Shown here one piece after another: positions 29,623 through 42,490 of a stretch of 64,000 nt of DNA. The notes under the pieces were generated by a model. The model searched no databases. It was not told the DNA's origin and was given only the letters and a program-made list of their open reading frames with translations. The first letter of the stretch is position 1. The number at the start of each line of letters is the position of its first letter. This stretch comes from the human T2T-CHM13v2.0 reference genome, Homo sapiens: assembly GCF_009914755.1 (NCBI RefSeq), contig NC_060929.1; one strand, 5' to 3'. The position numbers were made by a program, and so were the translations under genes.

Positions 29623-29955
29623 ACTCAAATAACCAGGTCTAAACCTTGCAATGTAGCTTCAATTACAGATAATGTTCAAAGGAACATATTTTAAATAATC
29701 AGGAAAATACTGATAAAATGCCACTGTAACAGATTTCATTCTTGAGTATATACATATAAACCAACTATAAGAAAGAATAAAATTAAGTATCTAAAATCAC
29801 TTACTAAAACTGAGAAAAAGTATCTGCAATGTTTGTACTTCATGTTGTATTCTTACAATATATCCCAGATTAGGAAACCAGTAATTACATAGCAAATGCA
29901 AGACAAATCGCACCAAAAAGTGATTAAGAATTATTCTGGTTTAGTCTTTCAAGGA

Positions 29956-30217
29956 TTTTTTATTATTATACTTTAAGTTCTAGGGTACATGTGCACAACC
30001 TGCAGGTTTGTTACATATGTATACATGTGCCATGTTGGTGTGCTGCACCCATTAACTCATCATTTACATTAGGTATTTCTCTTAATGCTATCCCTCCCCC
30101 CTCCCCCCACCCCACGACAGGCCCCGGTGTGTGATGTTCCCTGCCCTGTGTCCAAGTGTTCTCATTGTTCAGTTCCCACCTATGAATGAGAACATGCGGT
30201 ATTTGGTTTTCTGTCCT
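29956..30217 (-). mobile_element. 5'-truncated L1PA (PA5-7-like) 3' end
   Basis: TTATTATTATACTTTAAGTTCTAGGGTACATGTGCAC...TTTGGTTTTCTGTCCT. Confidence 0.93.
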
Positions 30218-33061
30218 CAAGGGTGACTTTTAAATCTCTACATTTTATGTTGAAAATAAACTTTGAAAACTTAGATATTACTAATGTCATTTTTCTATAT
30301 TTGCTTGTAATCCGTAAGTAAATCTTGTTTCCTTTTTAGATTATTATTGCTAGGAACTTCTCTCTTTGCTTTGACTAAATGAGGTTTAATTAGTGGATTT
30401 TATTTAATTATGTCTTCTCTCTTTAAGGAATTTTATTTTACATTGATTTTAAATTCTGCTTAATAATATAATTTTTATCTTGAAAAGATTTCAAAGATTC
30501 TAATACTTATCAGAAAATTTAATAAAATGCATGAGTAATATTTTAAAAACTGATCCATGTGCTCTATAGACATTCAAATATTTCCTAATGATATTATTGA
30601 TAAAAAGGAAATGTTAATATAAGGAAACAGAGTACAGGCAGAACCTGACTTGCAAATATCCATCCTGCACATGCAGCATCTGAGAAACTCAAGGCCCCGG
30701 TTAGGCTGACTGCAAAGATTCCTGTTCCCTACATGCCACTACGGTTAAACACTCCGCTCTAGTTCCAACCTACCCTTCCCCACTCCTGACTCCACCCCAA
30801 TACTATTCCATTTACCCTGAACTCCAATCATTCCTTTTCTAGGTGCGAAGGATTCTCCACGCCCAGAATGAGCTTTTATATATACCTGTCTCCAAGTATA
30901 ACTACTTCAACCCATTTCTTTAACTCCCAGGATCCTGTATCTCCTTCCTGTCACAGATGCAGAGGATACTCTTTTCTCTCTTGTCCTTGCCACTACCATA
31001 ATACGTAAAGGAAGAAATTCCCTCTCACTGCCGATGAGCTACACGAAGAAATGGAAAAAATCCCTGCTCCTCAAGGGGTATGGAAGTTGGGGGTGGGAGA
31101 AAGAACATTCTTCTAGGCATTGGACTTGCCTGTAAAACTAAGCAGATTCTCTAAATTTTAGATTACAGTTGAAACTCATTCTGAAAGACAATGGGAAACC
31201 ACAGTTGTTAGTTCTGGAGTTCAACTATAACCATCTGGCAATGTAATTACAATTCATAATATTTTCTCTGCCGGGACTATGTTCCCTGTACCAAACAAGC
31301 TAATTTACATACCACCTTTTGAAAGGCAACCTATTTACACACTGGGTGGGCAGAGGGGGGCAGCATATAGAGTGATTAATTCATATTTCCTACACTAAGA
31401 AACACGAAGTATGAGGAGATGAAACTATAAACTGCTACGGAGCAGGAACCTTGCATGCCTTGTGCAGCACCGTATTCCTCACCTGGCATCTGGCACACTT
31501 TAAGCACTTGACAAATACCTGTGGAAATAAAGTGGATGGAGGTTGGGCACAGGGAGAAGTCCAACATCTCCAAGAATCCCCATCCATGATGCACACGTAC
31601 CTGTCATCAGTTAAGAAAGAATACAGGGCATTTCAGAGATCAGAAAGAAAAGTACCTTCTTTATCCTTCAAGCAATATGAGATGAGTGGGATTTTCTTTT
31701 AAAATAATTTTAATTTATCAAAGGCCAAAGATGTTATCTACCCAAGACAGGCTGTCAAAAATTCGGCTGTCCAGTTGAAACTTGAAATGTTACATCATCT
31801 TTCACTGGTTTCACTATAAGATAACTTAAAGTGATAAATGCTTTCGACTTAACCAGCCAGAAAAATAAAATGGAGGGCTGAGGACCTTTTTCTGTACAAA
31901 ACTGAGGAGCAGGGAAAGGAAGACTCACTGTAGTAGAAATGCTTTCAGACTGAATTGTCTAGATTGGTTGTTTTTAGCTGGTGGTTTATTTCATTCACTT
32001 AAACAGACATATTCTTAAGTATGCTTTTATCGCAATAGTCTATGATTGCTTGTATTGGAACTTATAACGTAGTATTTATTTATATGGAATGTTTCATTAA
32101 TATTCCTTACCCAATGTTCTATTTTAACCAGATTAGCATCAACAAAAATAAAACCACTGTTTCAAGAAATAAAGCATAAAAAGGCAAATATAATAGTTAA
32201 CTACTATGATTACCAGCCCAAATATTCTTAATCTTATCTTTTCTAGAACTACTTAGGACAAAATTTTGAAGAACAAACTAAAACAGGGCCTGGGCTTTCA
32301 GCTCTGCTATCTAATTTTCTGGAGACCACAAAAAAACTCTTTAAAAAGGAATAATATTCTCCAAATAGGCAAGGTAAAACACTAAGTAAATATTTTGCTG
32401 CTGTAAGTACTAAGCCCCTAAATCCAGTAATAATTACTCAAATATCCAAATGATGCACAAAAGAAGAAACATATCAACTGAATAAATATTGACATTATGA
32501 AAATATAAGTATAATTATCTGCCTCTATGGTAAAATAATCTAAAATCTCATCTACATATTCTTTTGAAAAATAACTTCTTTACACTGTGTTTTATATCCC
32601 AACTAATTTTATATTCAATTTCTTTTTTTAAGACACTATCTCCTAAAATGTTAAAGATGATACTGGGAAATTTATGTGACCATTTAAAATAATCAGACTA
32701 TGACTAACATAGAATATAAATGAACTACAAAGAAAATACACTGAAAGTAAAAGATCTGTAATATAAAATGTACCAACCACAAAATCAGATTATAGTAAAA
32801 AATAATTTTAAGATTTTTTTGGCATATCAAGCTTAATTCTTCTACATTATGTGTAAACAATAAAATAGGCAACCTAATGTAGATTGTGATGCTATGTGTA
32901 CTACAAGGATTTAATAAATCATTTTTATCTGAATGTTCTACCTATTTTCATATTTTTTAATTTATACCAGTTGCAAAAAATGGCACAATATAGCACAAAA
33001 CAAAAAGGTAAGAGGATGAACACCAAAAGTTATCCTATTTTTAACAAATAACTCATTTTCA

Positions 33062-33477
<416 letters not shown>

Positions 33478-33540
33478 TCACTGCCCATCCTTGATCAATC
33501 TGAACAAAATTTAAAGAAAGATTTCTTTATTAAGCAACTG

Positions 33541-36172
33541 CAGGCATACTTCACATATACTGTGGGTTCAGTTCCAGACCACTGCAGTAAAGTGAACACT
33601 ACAATAAAGTGAGTCACATGAATTTTTTAGCTTCACAACGCATATAAAAGCTATGTTTACACTAGACTGTATTCTGTGTGCAATAGCATTATGTCTAAAA
33701 AATGTACATACCTTGTTTAAAAATATTTTATTGCTAAAAATGCTAATGATCATCTGCGCATTCAGCAAGTAGTAATCCTTAGCTGGTGTAGGGTATTGAC
33801 TTGATGTTGATGGCTATGGGCTGATCGGGGTGGCAGTTGCTGAAGGCAGTGGTGGCTGTGGCAAATAAGACAATGAAGTCTGCTGCATTGATTGACTCTT
33901 CCTTGCAGGAAAGATTTCTCTGTAGCATGCTATGCTGTTTGACCCACAGTAGAACTTCTTTCAAAATTGGAGTCAATGCTCTCAAACCCTGCCACTGTTT
34001 TATCAACTAAGTTTATGTAATGTTCTAAATCCTTTGTTGTCATTTCAACAATGTTCACAGCATCTTCACCAGAAGCAGATTCTATCTCAAGAAACCACTT
34101 TCTTTGCTCATCCATAAGAAATAACTCCTCATCCATTTAAGTTGTATCATGAGATTGCAGCAATTCAGTCACATCTTCAGGCTCCACTTCTAATTCTGGT
34201 TCTCTTGCTATTTCTACCACATCTGCAGTGACTTCCTCAACTCCGGTCTTGAAACCCTCCAAGTCATCCACGAGGGTTGGAATCAGCTTCTTCCAAACTC
34301 CTGTTCATGTTCATATTTTTACTTCCTCCCATTTGTCGCACATTTTCCTAATGACAACTAGAATGGTGAATCCTTCCAGAAAATTTTAAATTTACTTTGC
34401 CCAAATTCAACAGAGGAATCACTATTTATGACAGATAGCTTTACAAAATCAATTTCTTTTTTTTTTTTTTTTTTTTGAGACATGGTCTGCTCTGTCACCC
34501 AGGCTGGAGTACGGTGGCACCATCAGGGTGTGCTTCAGCCTCAACCTCCCAGGCTCAGGTAATCTTTCCACCTGAAGTGGCTACAGGCACCTGCCACCAC
34601 ACCTAGCTAAATTTTTTTAATATTTTTTTGTAGTGATGAAGTTTCTCCATGTTGCCCAAGCTAGTTTCAAACTCCTGGACTCAAGTAATCCTCCTACCTT
34701 GGCTCCCAAAGTGCTAGGATTACAGGTGTGAGCCACTGTGCCTGGCCATGAAATGTATTTCTTAATTAAGACCTGAAAGTCAAAATTACTGCTTAATCCA
34801 TAGGTTACAGAATGGATGTTGTATTAGTAGGCAGGGAAACAATATCAATCTCTTTGCACATCTCCAGAACTCTTAGGTGACAAAGTGCACTGTCAAGGAG
34901 CAGTGAAAAAGAAAGAAATAGTCTTTCCTGAGCAGTAGGTCTCAACAGTGGGCTTAAAATATCCAGTAAGCCATGCTATAAATAGATGTACTGTCTTCCA
35001 GGCTTTGTTGTTCCATTTCATTTATAGTGCACAGGCAGAGTAGATTTAGCATCATTCTTAAGGTTCCTAGGATTTTCAGAATAAGCATTGGCTTCAGCTT
35101 AAAGTCACCAGCTGCATTAACCTCTAACAAGAAAGTCAGCCTGTCCTTTGAAGCCAGGCATTGGCTACTTTCTCTAGCTGTGAAGTCCTACATGGCATAT
35201 TCTTCTAATAGACTGCTGTTTCAACTACACTGAAAATCTCTTGTTTAGGGTAGCCTCACTCATCAATGATCTTAGATCTTCTGGATAATGTGCTGCAGCT
35301 TATATATCATCAGCACTTGCTTCTTCACTTTGCACTTTTATATTATGGAGACGGGTTCTTTCCTTACACCTCATGAACCAACCTCTGCTAGCTTCAAAAT
35401 TTTCTTCTGCAACTTCCTTGCCTCCTAGTCTTCACAAACTGAAGAGTTAGGATCTCCCTCTGGATTTGGCTTTGGTTTAAGGGAATGTTGTGGCCATATC
35501 TTCTAACCAAACCACTCAAACTTTCTCCGTATTGACCATAAAGCTATTCTACTTTCTTGTCATTTGTGTGTTCACTGGAGTAGCCCTTTTAATTTCCTTT
35601 AGGAAGCTTTTCTTTGCATTCAACTTGGCTGTTTGGCACAAGGGGCCTAGCTTTCAGTCTATCTTGGCTTTTGACATGTCTTCTTCATTAGGCTTAATCG
35701 TTTCTAGCTTTTGATTTAAAGCAAAAGACATATGATTCTTCCTTTCACTTGAACACTTAGAGGCCATTGTAGGTTATTAATTGGCCTAATTGTAATACTT
35801 TCATGTCTCAGAGACAGGAAGAGAGATGGGAAACAGCTGTTTGGTGGAGCAGTGAGAACACACACAACATTTATCAATTATATTCTCCATCTCCTGTGGG
35901 TGAGGTTTGTGGCATCCCAAAACAATTTCAACAGTAGCATCAAAGATCACTGATCATAGAACCTCATAATAGATATAATAATAATAAAAAGTTTGAAATA
36001 GAAGAAAAATTACCAAAATGTGATGTGGAGACACAAAGTGAGCCCATGTCCTTGGTAAAATAATACCAACAGACTTGCTCTATGCAGGGTGGCCACAAAC
36101 CTTCAATTTGTAAAAAATAATATTGTCTACTGAGTATAATAAAGTGGAGCACAATAAAACAAGGTGCACCTG
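33541..36172 (-). mobile_element. Near full-length Tigger1 DNA transposon (decayed pogo-like transposase)
   Basis: Termini CAGGCATACTTC... and ...AATAAAACAAGGTGCACCTG followed by TA; ORF 33930-34136 ([20 protein letters not shown]...) resembles the Tigger1/TIGD1 transposase C-terminus. Confidence 0.93.
34457..34747 (-). mobile_element. AluJ inserted in Tigger1
   Basis: Reverse diverged Alu with poly(T). Confidence 0.92.
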
Positions 36173-36692
36173 TACTATGTGCCAAGCACCATGCTAAATT
36201 ATCCCACTAAAGATGTCTCAAATAAAATGAGAACATTTTGAGTAGGCTAATTTTATAAGGCCTTTTATTTTAGTTGTACCAAAACAAGCCCTCCAAAATA
36301 CAAAAGCACTAAAGGAATAGACATCTTTGTCACTTTGTTCCATCCTTGGCACCTAAAGAAACTCCTGGACTGAACATAATTATTTACTTCAGCAACTCTG
36401 AGTCTTTGACATTATAATGTACATTATAAATCTCTAAGAAGAGATATAAGTATGCACCATACCATAAACCTATCTGACCTCAGAACCCTGTTAACCAACG
36501 ATGCCAATTTATTAATACATAGTAGTTAATGAAAAGTTTAGAAAATATTGCATTAATGTTTTCACAGATTATTAAAATGTATGTTTAACTGTATCATTAA
36601 TAGGGATTATCTGAAACAAAGTTATATGGGACTAATAAGGTACACACTGAAAGAAATCACTATTGTAATTTTTTTAATTAAAAAAAAGATTC

Positions 36693-36998
36693 GGCCAGGC
36701 ACGGCAGCTCACGCCTGTAATCCCAGCACTTTGGGAGGCCGAGGCGGGTAGATCACGAGGTCAGGAGATCAAGACCAGCCTGGCCAACATGATGAAACCA
36801 CGTCTCTACTAAAATACGAAAAATTAGCTGGGCGTGGTGGCGCACACCTGTAGTCCCAGCTACTCAGGAGGCTGAGGCAGGGGAATCGCTTGAACCCAGG
36901 AGTCAGAGGTTCCAGTGAGCCAAGATGGTGCCACTGCACTCCAGTCTGGCAACAGAGCGAGACTCCCATCTCAAAAAAACAAACAAACAAACAAACAA
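36693..36998 (+). mobile_element. Alu (AluSc-like) with (CAAA)n tail
   Basis: Full dimer. Confidence 0.95.
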
Positions 36999-38072
36999 AT
37001 TCTGTAATATTTAGAAGAGGACAAAAGCTATAGATAGAATCTGCCTACTACTCAATCTCACTTATATAAGGGCTCTCATGCAAAGCAATAGAAACAAAAT
37101 AATGGAAGCTCCAAAATAGGCATCGGAAAATACAAAGTATATGAAACACAATGCCATAAGTTCTGAAAAAATGCAGGAATGCTATTTTTTTTTGAAACTG
37201 AACTTCTCAATTTTACACTTTCATCCAGACATTTGAGTGTGAGCTCTCTGCTAGTGCTCAATCCCAATAGAAAGAATCCCTATTTCAGAGAATCCAAATG
37301 CCAGTTTAAACTGGGTCCCTACATTTTTCTGTCATTTTATTTTAGGGGGATAAAATTGAGATTTATTTTTGCCACTTTCCACTATGTCCCCCTGAAGAGC
37401 TACATAGTATCTTCATTGCCTTTAGCCAGCTAAGAGATCTGTGACCTACACTAAGTTGCCAATCAAGCCTTATATTGAACTACAGCACAGTAAAAGAACT
37501 CTGATTTCTCATGCTGTGGCTCAATCTTAATGTACTCAAGCTCCAACAACTGGGAATAAGAGCAGATATTACACACATTCCCCACTATCTACAACAGACA
37601 AGTTGGTCATTTTAATGAGGGATTTTTGTCTGTTTTATTCTTTTTATTCCTTTTTGCCCATATCTTATTCAGTATTCTTTGTGTGGTGGCTACTTTGCTA
37701 AAGTGGTTCAATATTTAATCAAGGATTAAATGGTAAAGCAGTTTGCCTATTAAATTATAAAAACCTTTAGTGTTTACATAGCCTTTTCTAATTAATTAAA
37801 TAACTTAATTGAAATTAAAAATTAGATTTTAAAGTAAGCTTTGAGAATACACAAGTTATTTTGAAGATATTCAGCCATGAATACAACATATATCAGTCAT
37901 GGTATTACAGGACACACAGACAGTGCCAGCAACCCAGGAAGATCTCCAGAGCTCAGGCAGCCTGAGCTACAGTCTGCAGTGCTTGTTAGATGGACACTCA
38001 AAATCGGGCATTGGAATAGTGATTCCCTGAGACAGGAAAAGCACATCAGGTTATCCAAGGAGGTCCAGAGGG

Positions 38073-38197
38073 AATGGGTGCAGCACACCAGCATGGCACA
38101 TGTATACATATGTAACTAACCTGCACATTGTGCACATGTACCCTAAAACTTAAAGTATAATAATAATAAAATTTAAAAAAAGAAAAAAAAGAAAAAA
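38073..38197 (+). mobile_element. Very short young L1 3' end (L1PA3-like)
   Basis: AATGGGTGCAGCACACCAGCATGGCACATGTATACATATGTAACTAACCTGCACATTGTGCACATGTACCCTAAAACTTAAAGTATAA plus A tail. Confidence 0.93.
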
Positions 38198-39118
38198 GTC
38201 AAAACAATTATTTTTTAAATTCAGTTGTTTAAATTCAATTCCTCTACTGAGTTTAAATCTTTGTATTTATTTTCCTAATAGATAACACTGGATTTATTAA
38301 TGTTCACTAATGATTTCCCTTAAAAGAGAAATGCCAAAAACAAGACTAATAAAGTCAATTTATTTTAGATTATCTTTCAGTTTATTTTAAACTAATGTTT
38401 TTCTTTTTTTTAAATGCGCAGATCCAAAATATGGTGACTACTTTTTCATTGTACCCACTAACAAATTCTAGGTTGCTTCCTTACTGTATTTTGTTTTATA
38501 GTAAATAGAATGAGGCAGAGCTGAAGATACTTGCTACCTAAAATGGGTAAGTCAAAGACATCTGACTATGGAGCTTTACTGCTGCTTTAGTCCCTTGGAC
38601 ATGACCACAGAACACCAGGAGCTGAGGAAATTGGCCAAGCTGAGCCACGTGGAACAGTCACATCATCATTACTGTCCAGGTTCCACTGGCATTTGTGTTA
38701 CCCAACCAATGAGGTACAGGGTTGGGGATTCTTCTTAGTTATCTGATGCTCTTTTGTTCTCTTTTTCTCAATCCTTTCACTGAGGCATATAATTAATGAT
38801 GACATGACTACGATTGGTGAGGAGTATGGCAGGCTTTCACTATCTCTACTTCACTAACGAATATAAAAACTCTAATCTCACATATGCTTTCCAAGTTACC
38901 TATGAGTCTTATGAAATAACATCACTGGCTCCCATTTCTCTGACATACTACCAACATCTGTTCAGTTCTACCACTTACATTACATAAAAACCCACTAGTT
39001 CCCAAGTTTTGAATGTACATATGCATACAGGCACACATGCTCGCACACATATATACACATGCACACACACATATACACAATATTATACAATTGTTTAGGG
39101 ATTTAAAAAGCATTCCCT

Positions 39119-39432
<314 letters not shown>

Positions 39433-40424
39433 CTATTCACATTAGTTATTGAAATACTAGGCTAAGTTTAAATGAGTTTCTTTATTTCCAGACCACTCAG
39501 AATATTTAACGTGTTAATCTATATTAAGAATTTCTTGACATAAAAATAATATATCACATTTCCAAATCTATTTGGCTATGGAGACCTTTTTGTGCAGAAG
39601 GTTTTTATAGCACATACTTTGGAAGCCACTTAACCAAAGTATTCAAAACACACAAAATATATACATATTTGTTTTTATGTATATTACATGTATATAATAT
39701 ACAACAAATCTGAATATATTATTTACTCATCCACTTACCCACCCATTCCAACAGCCATCCAACAAATAGTATATATAGTGCCTATATATGTGAACACTCT
39801 TGTGCATAGTGATAGGGGAGAGGAAAACACTTGAAAATATGTTTAACAAATTTTTCTATACTCCTCTTATTAATCTGCAAATAAAATGTTAGAGTTTTTT
39901 AAAAGCCAATTAATAGAGTATAATTCTTAAAAATCTAGTAATGGAAAGCAACAGATCCCCCTTAAAAAGTGATAAGTAGCAAACCAAGGAAATGTTATAT
40001 ACTTTACAAAAGTGCTTTAATATTAAAGGACACATATATTTTGAGATATTTTTATTCTACACAATTTTCCAGAAACAACTCAAAGAAAAAATAATTAACT
40101 GATCCTTTTAGGTACTTAAATATATACTTTAGGATAAAGAGCCATAAACACACCAAGCCAATTAACTACATCGCAATTAGATGTCAACTAATTAATAATT
40201 GTAAAAAACTAATTATTTTAAGCCTTTCTCTTGTATTTCAGAATCTTTGGAAGTCAAGTCCTTCCTTTAGCTCCCTCATCTTATTCCTGACTTTTTATAT
40301 TGCAAACTCTAGGAAAAATCTAAAATTATTTGACTATGAATACTGGTATTAAGTAAAACTTAAAATGGCAAAACATTTTAAATTGGACAGGTTGGGAACC
40401 AAACATACCCACCCTGAGTATGTT

Positions 40425-41100
40425 ATATTAAAAAGTCAAAAAGCAACAGATGCTGGCAAGACTATGGAGGAAAGAGAACACACATACACTGTTGGTGGGA
40501 ATGTAAATTAGCTCAGCCACTGTGGAAAGCAGTTTGAAGATTTCTCAAATAACTCAAAACACAACTACCAATCAACCCAGCAATCCTATTACTGAATATA
40601 TATCCAAAAGACAATAAGTCATTCTACCAAAAATACACCTGCACTCATACGCTGATCACAGCATATTCACAGTAGCAAAGACATGGAATCAATCTAGGTG
40701 CCCATTAACAGTGGACTGGGGTATATACACCATGGAATACTACACAGCCATAAAAAAAGAGAACGAAATCAAGTCCTTTGCAGCAACATGGATGCAGCTG
40801 GAGGCCATTATCCTAAGCAAATTAACACAGGAACAGAAAACCAAATGCTGCATATTCTCATTTAGAAGTGGGAGCTAAACACTGGGTACTCACAGTCATA
40901 AAGATAGCAGCAAGAGGCACTGGGGTCTTCTAGAGGGGAGAGGGAAGGATAGAGGAAAGGGCTGAAAAACTGTTAGGTACTAAGCTCACTTCCTGGGTGA
41001 CAGGTTCAGTCATTGCCCAAACCTCAGCATCACATAATATATCCATGCAACAAATCTGTACATGTACCCTCAAATCTAAAATAAAAGTTTTAATTATTTT
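40425..41100 (+). mobile_element. L1PA16-like 3' end
   Basis: GGAGGCCATTATCCTAAGCAAATTAACACAGG...CCAAACCTCAGCATCAC...AATCTAAAATAAAAGTT. Confidence 0.88.
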
Positions 41101-41823
41101 TAAAAATTACTGTTTTCTTCAATATTAATCACTGTCCTATCCTGGTGATACATATACATATAAGGGATCTGGTTAAATGCCTACTGACCCAGAAAAGACT
41201 ATTTTATACAAGTTATTTCTTCCTTTTAAAGTATGATACAAAAAGGAAAATCCAGTTAAACAAGCCAGTTACCCAACAGAATTTAATCTAAATAACAGTA
41301 ACGAGTTCCTTGTCTACCTCTGAATCTTACTGTTCAGGCAATCTTCTTACCGTTTGTTTATGGACTATGCTCAAAACAAAACAGAGCTAGGTACTTGATA
41401 GTCTGATTAATCTCAACTTTCCTTCAGAGACTCTTCTATCATCTGCTGAAGTCCTCTAGGGAAGTGGGCCATTTAGATGCACAGAAAAACAGCTGGAGCA
41501 TGAGGTGACACACAGACTTACTTGAAGAGATTAGCCCCAAGAGAAGAGCTTAGTTCTCAGTTAATCTTATGTATTCTCATTTAAGAAAATTTCAGGGAAA
41601 TAAAATTATAAATACGGGTTATTTCCACAAACTAATCATTAGATAACTCTATGGCCCTGAGGAACAAAACAGGAATGATTCTGCCAAAAATGCCTTTCAT
41701 GGGTATTAAATTAATTTCCTCTGAGAGGTAACAGAGCAGTGAGGATCAAATGAGGAGTTTCTATTAAGTTCTTGGAAAGAAAAGTCAACATCTCCAGTAA
41801 GGCTTCATTTACTAAAAGGTAAA

Positions 41824-42266
41824 TGTTATAGGTAAAATTGTGTGTTCCTGCCTCCATCCCCAGAAAGATATGTTAGAGTCCTAGCCCCTCGTACCTCAGA
41901 ATGTGACCTAATGTGGAAATAAGGTCACTGAAGATGTGATCAGTTAAGATGAGGTCATATAGGAGTAGGGCTGACCTCTAATCAAATATGACTGATGTCC
42001 TTATAAAAAGGAGAAATTTGGACACAGAGATACTTACAGAGGGAAGGTGACATGAAGAGACACAGGGTGAGGTTGGTCAGTTCATCTATAAGGCAAGGAG
42101 AGAGACCTGGAACAGATCCTTCCCTCACAGTCCTCAGGAGGAACCAATCCCACCAACACCTTGATTTCAGACTTCTTGCCTCCAGAATCATGAGTCAATA
42201 AATTTCTGTTGTTTAAGCCACCTACTTGGTAGTACTTTGTTACAGCAGCCCTTGCAAACTAATACA
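41824..42266 (+). mobile_element. MLT1B/C-like MaLR solo LTR
   Basis: TGTTATAGG...CCTCAGAATGTGACC...AATAAATTTCTGTTGTTTAAGCCAC...AACTAATACA. Confidence 0.88.
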
Positions 42267-42319
42267 ACAGGCAATAAGAAATGACTTCAAAAGTGGCTGT
42301 AAGGGAAACACAAAATAGA

Positions 42320-42490
42320 AACGAACTAGAAATTCAGGAGTCCTAGATTCTAGGCTTTAAACTCATAATCTTTGGCATAAATCTCTTCCTCAGTTTCCTT
42401 AACCATACCTCTTTCAGGTTGTTGTGAGGATAGAACTTAACAATGTGTGGGAAAGTGCTTGGAAAAATACAAAATATTAAGCAAATAGGA
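42320..42490 (+). mobile_element. MIR/MIR3 SINE relic
   Basis: CCTCAGTTTCCT...GTTGTGAGGAT...GAAAGTGCTT. Confidence 0.6.

Noticed and set aside
33930-34136. TIGD1-like protein fragment as a domesticated gene
   Set aside because: Only 68 codons are open within a decayed, Alu-interrupted Tigger1
38796-38830. C-box-like ATGATGA as a snoRNA start
   Set aside because: No suitably placed D box or terminal stem
41351-41456. Minus-strand exon between a ccctag acceptor and a gtaaga donor
   Set aside because: Stops in all frames and modest splice signals; indistinguishable from chance
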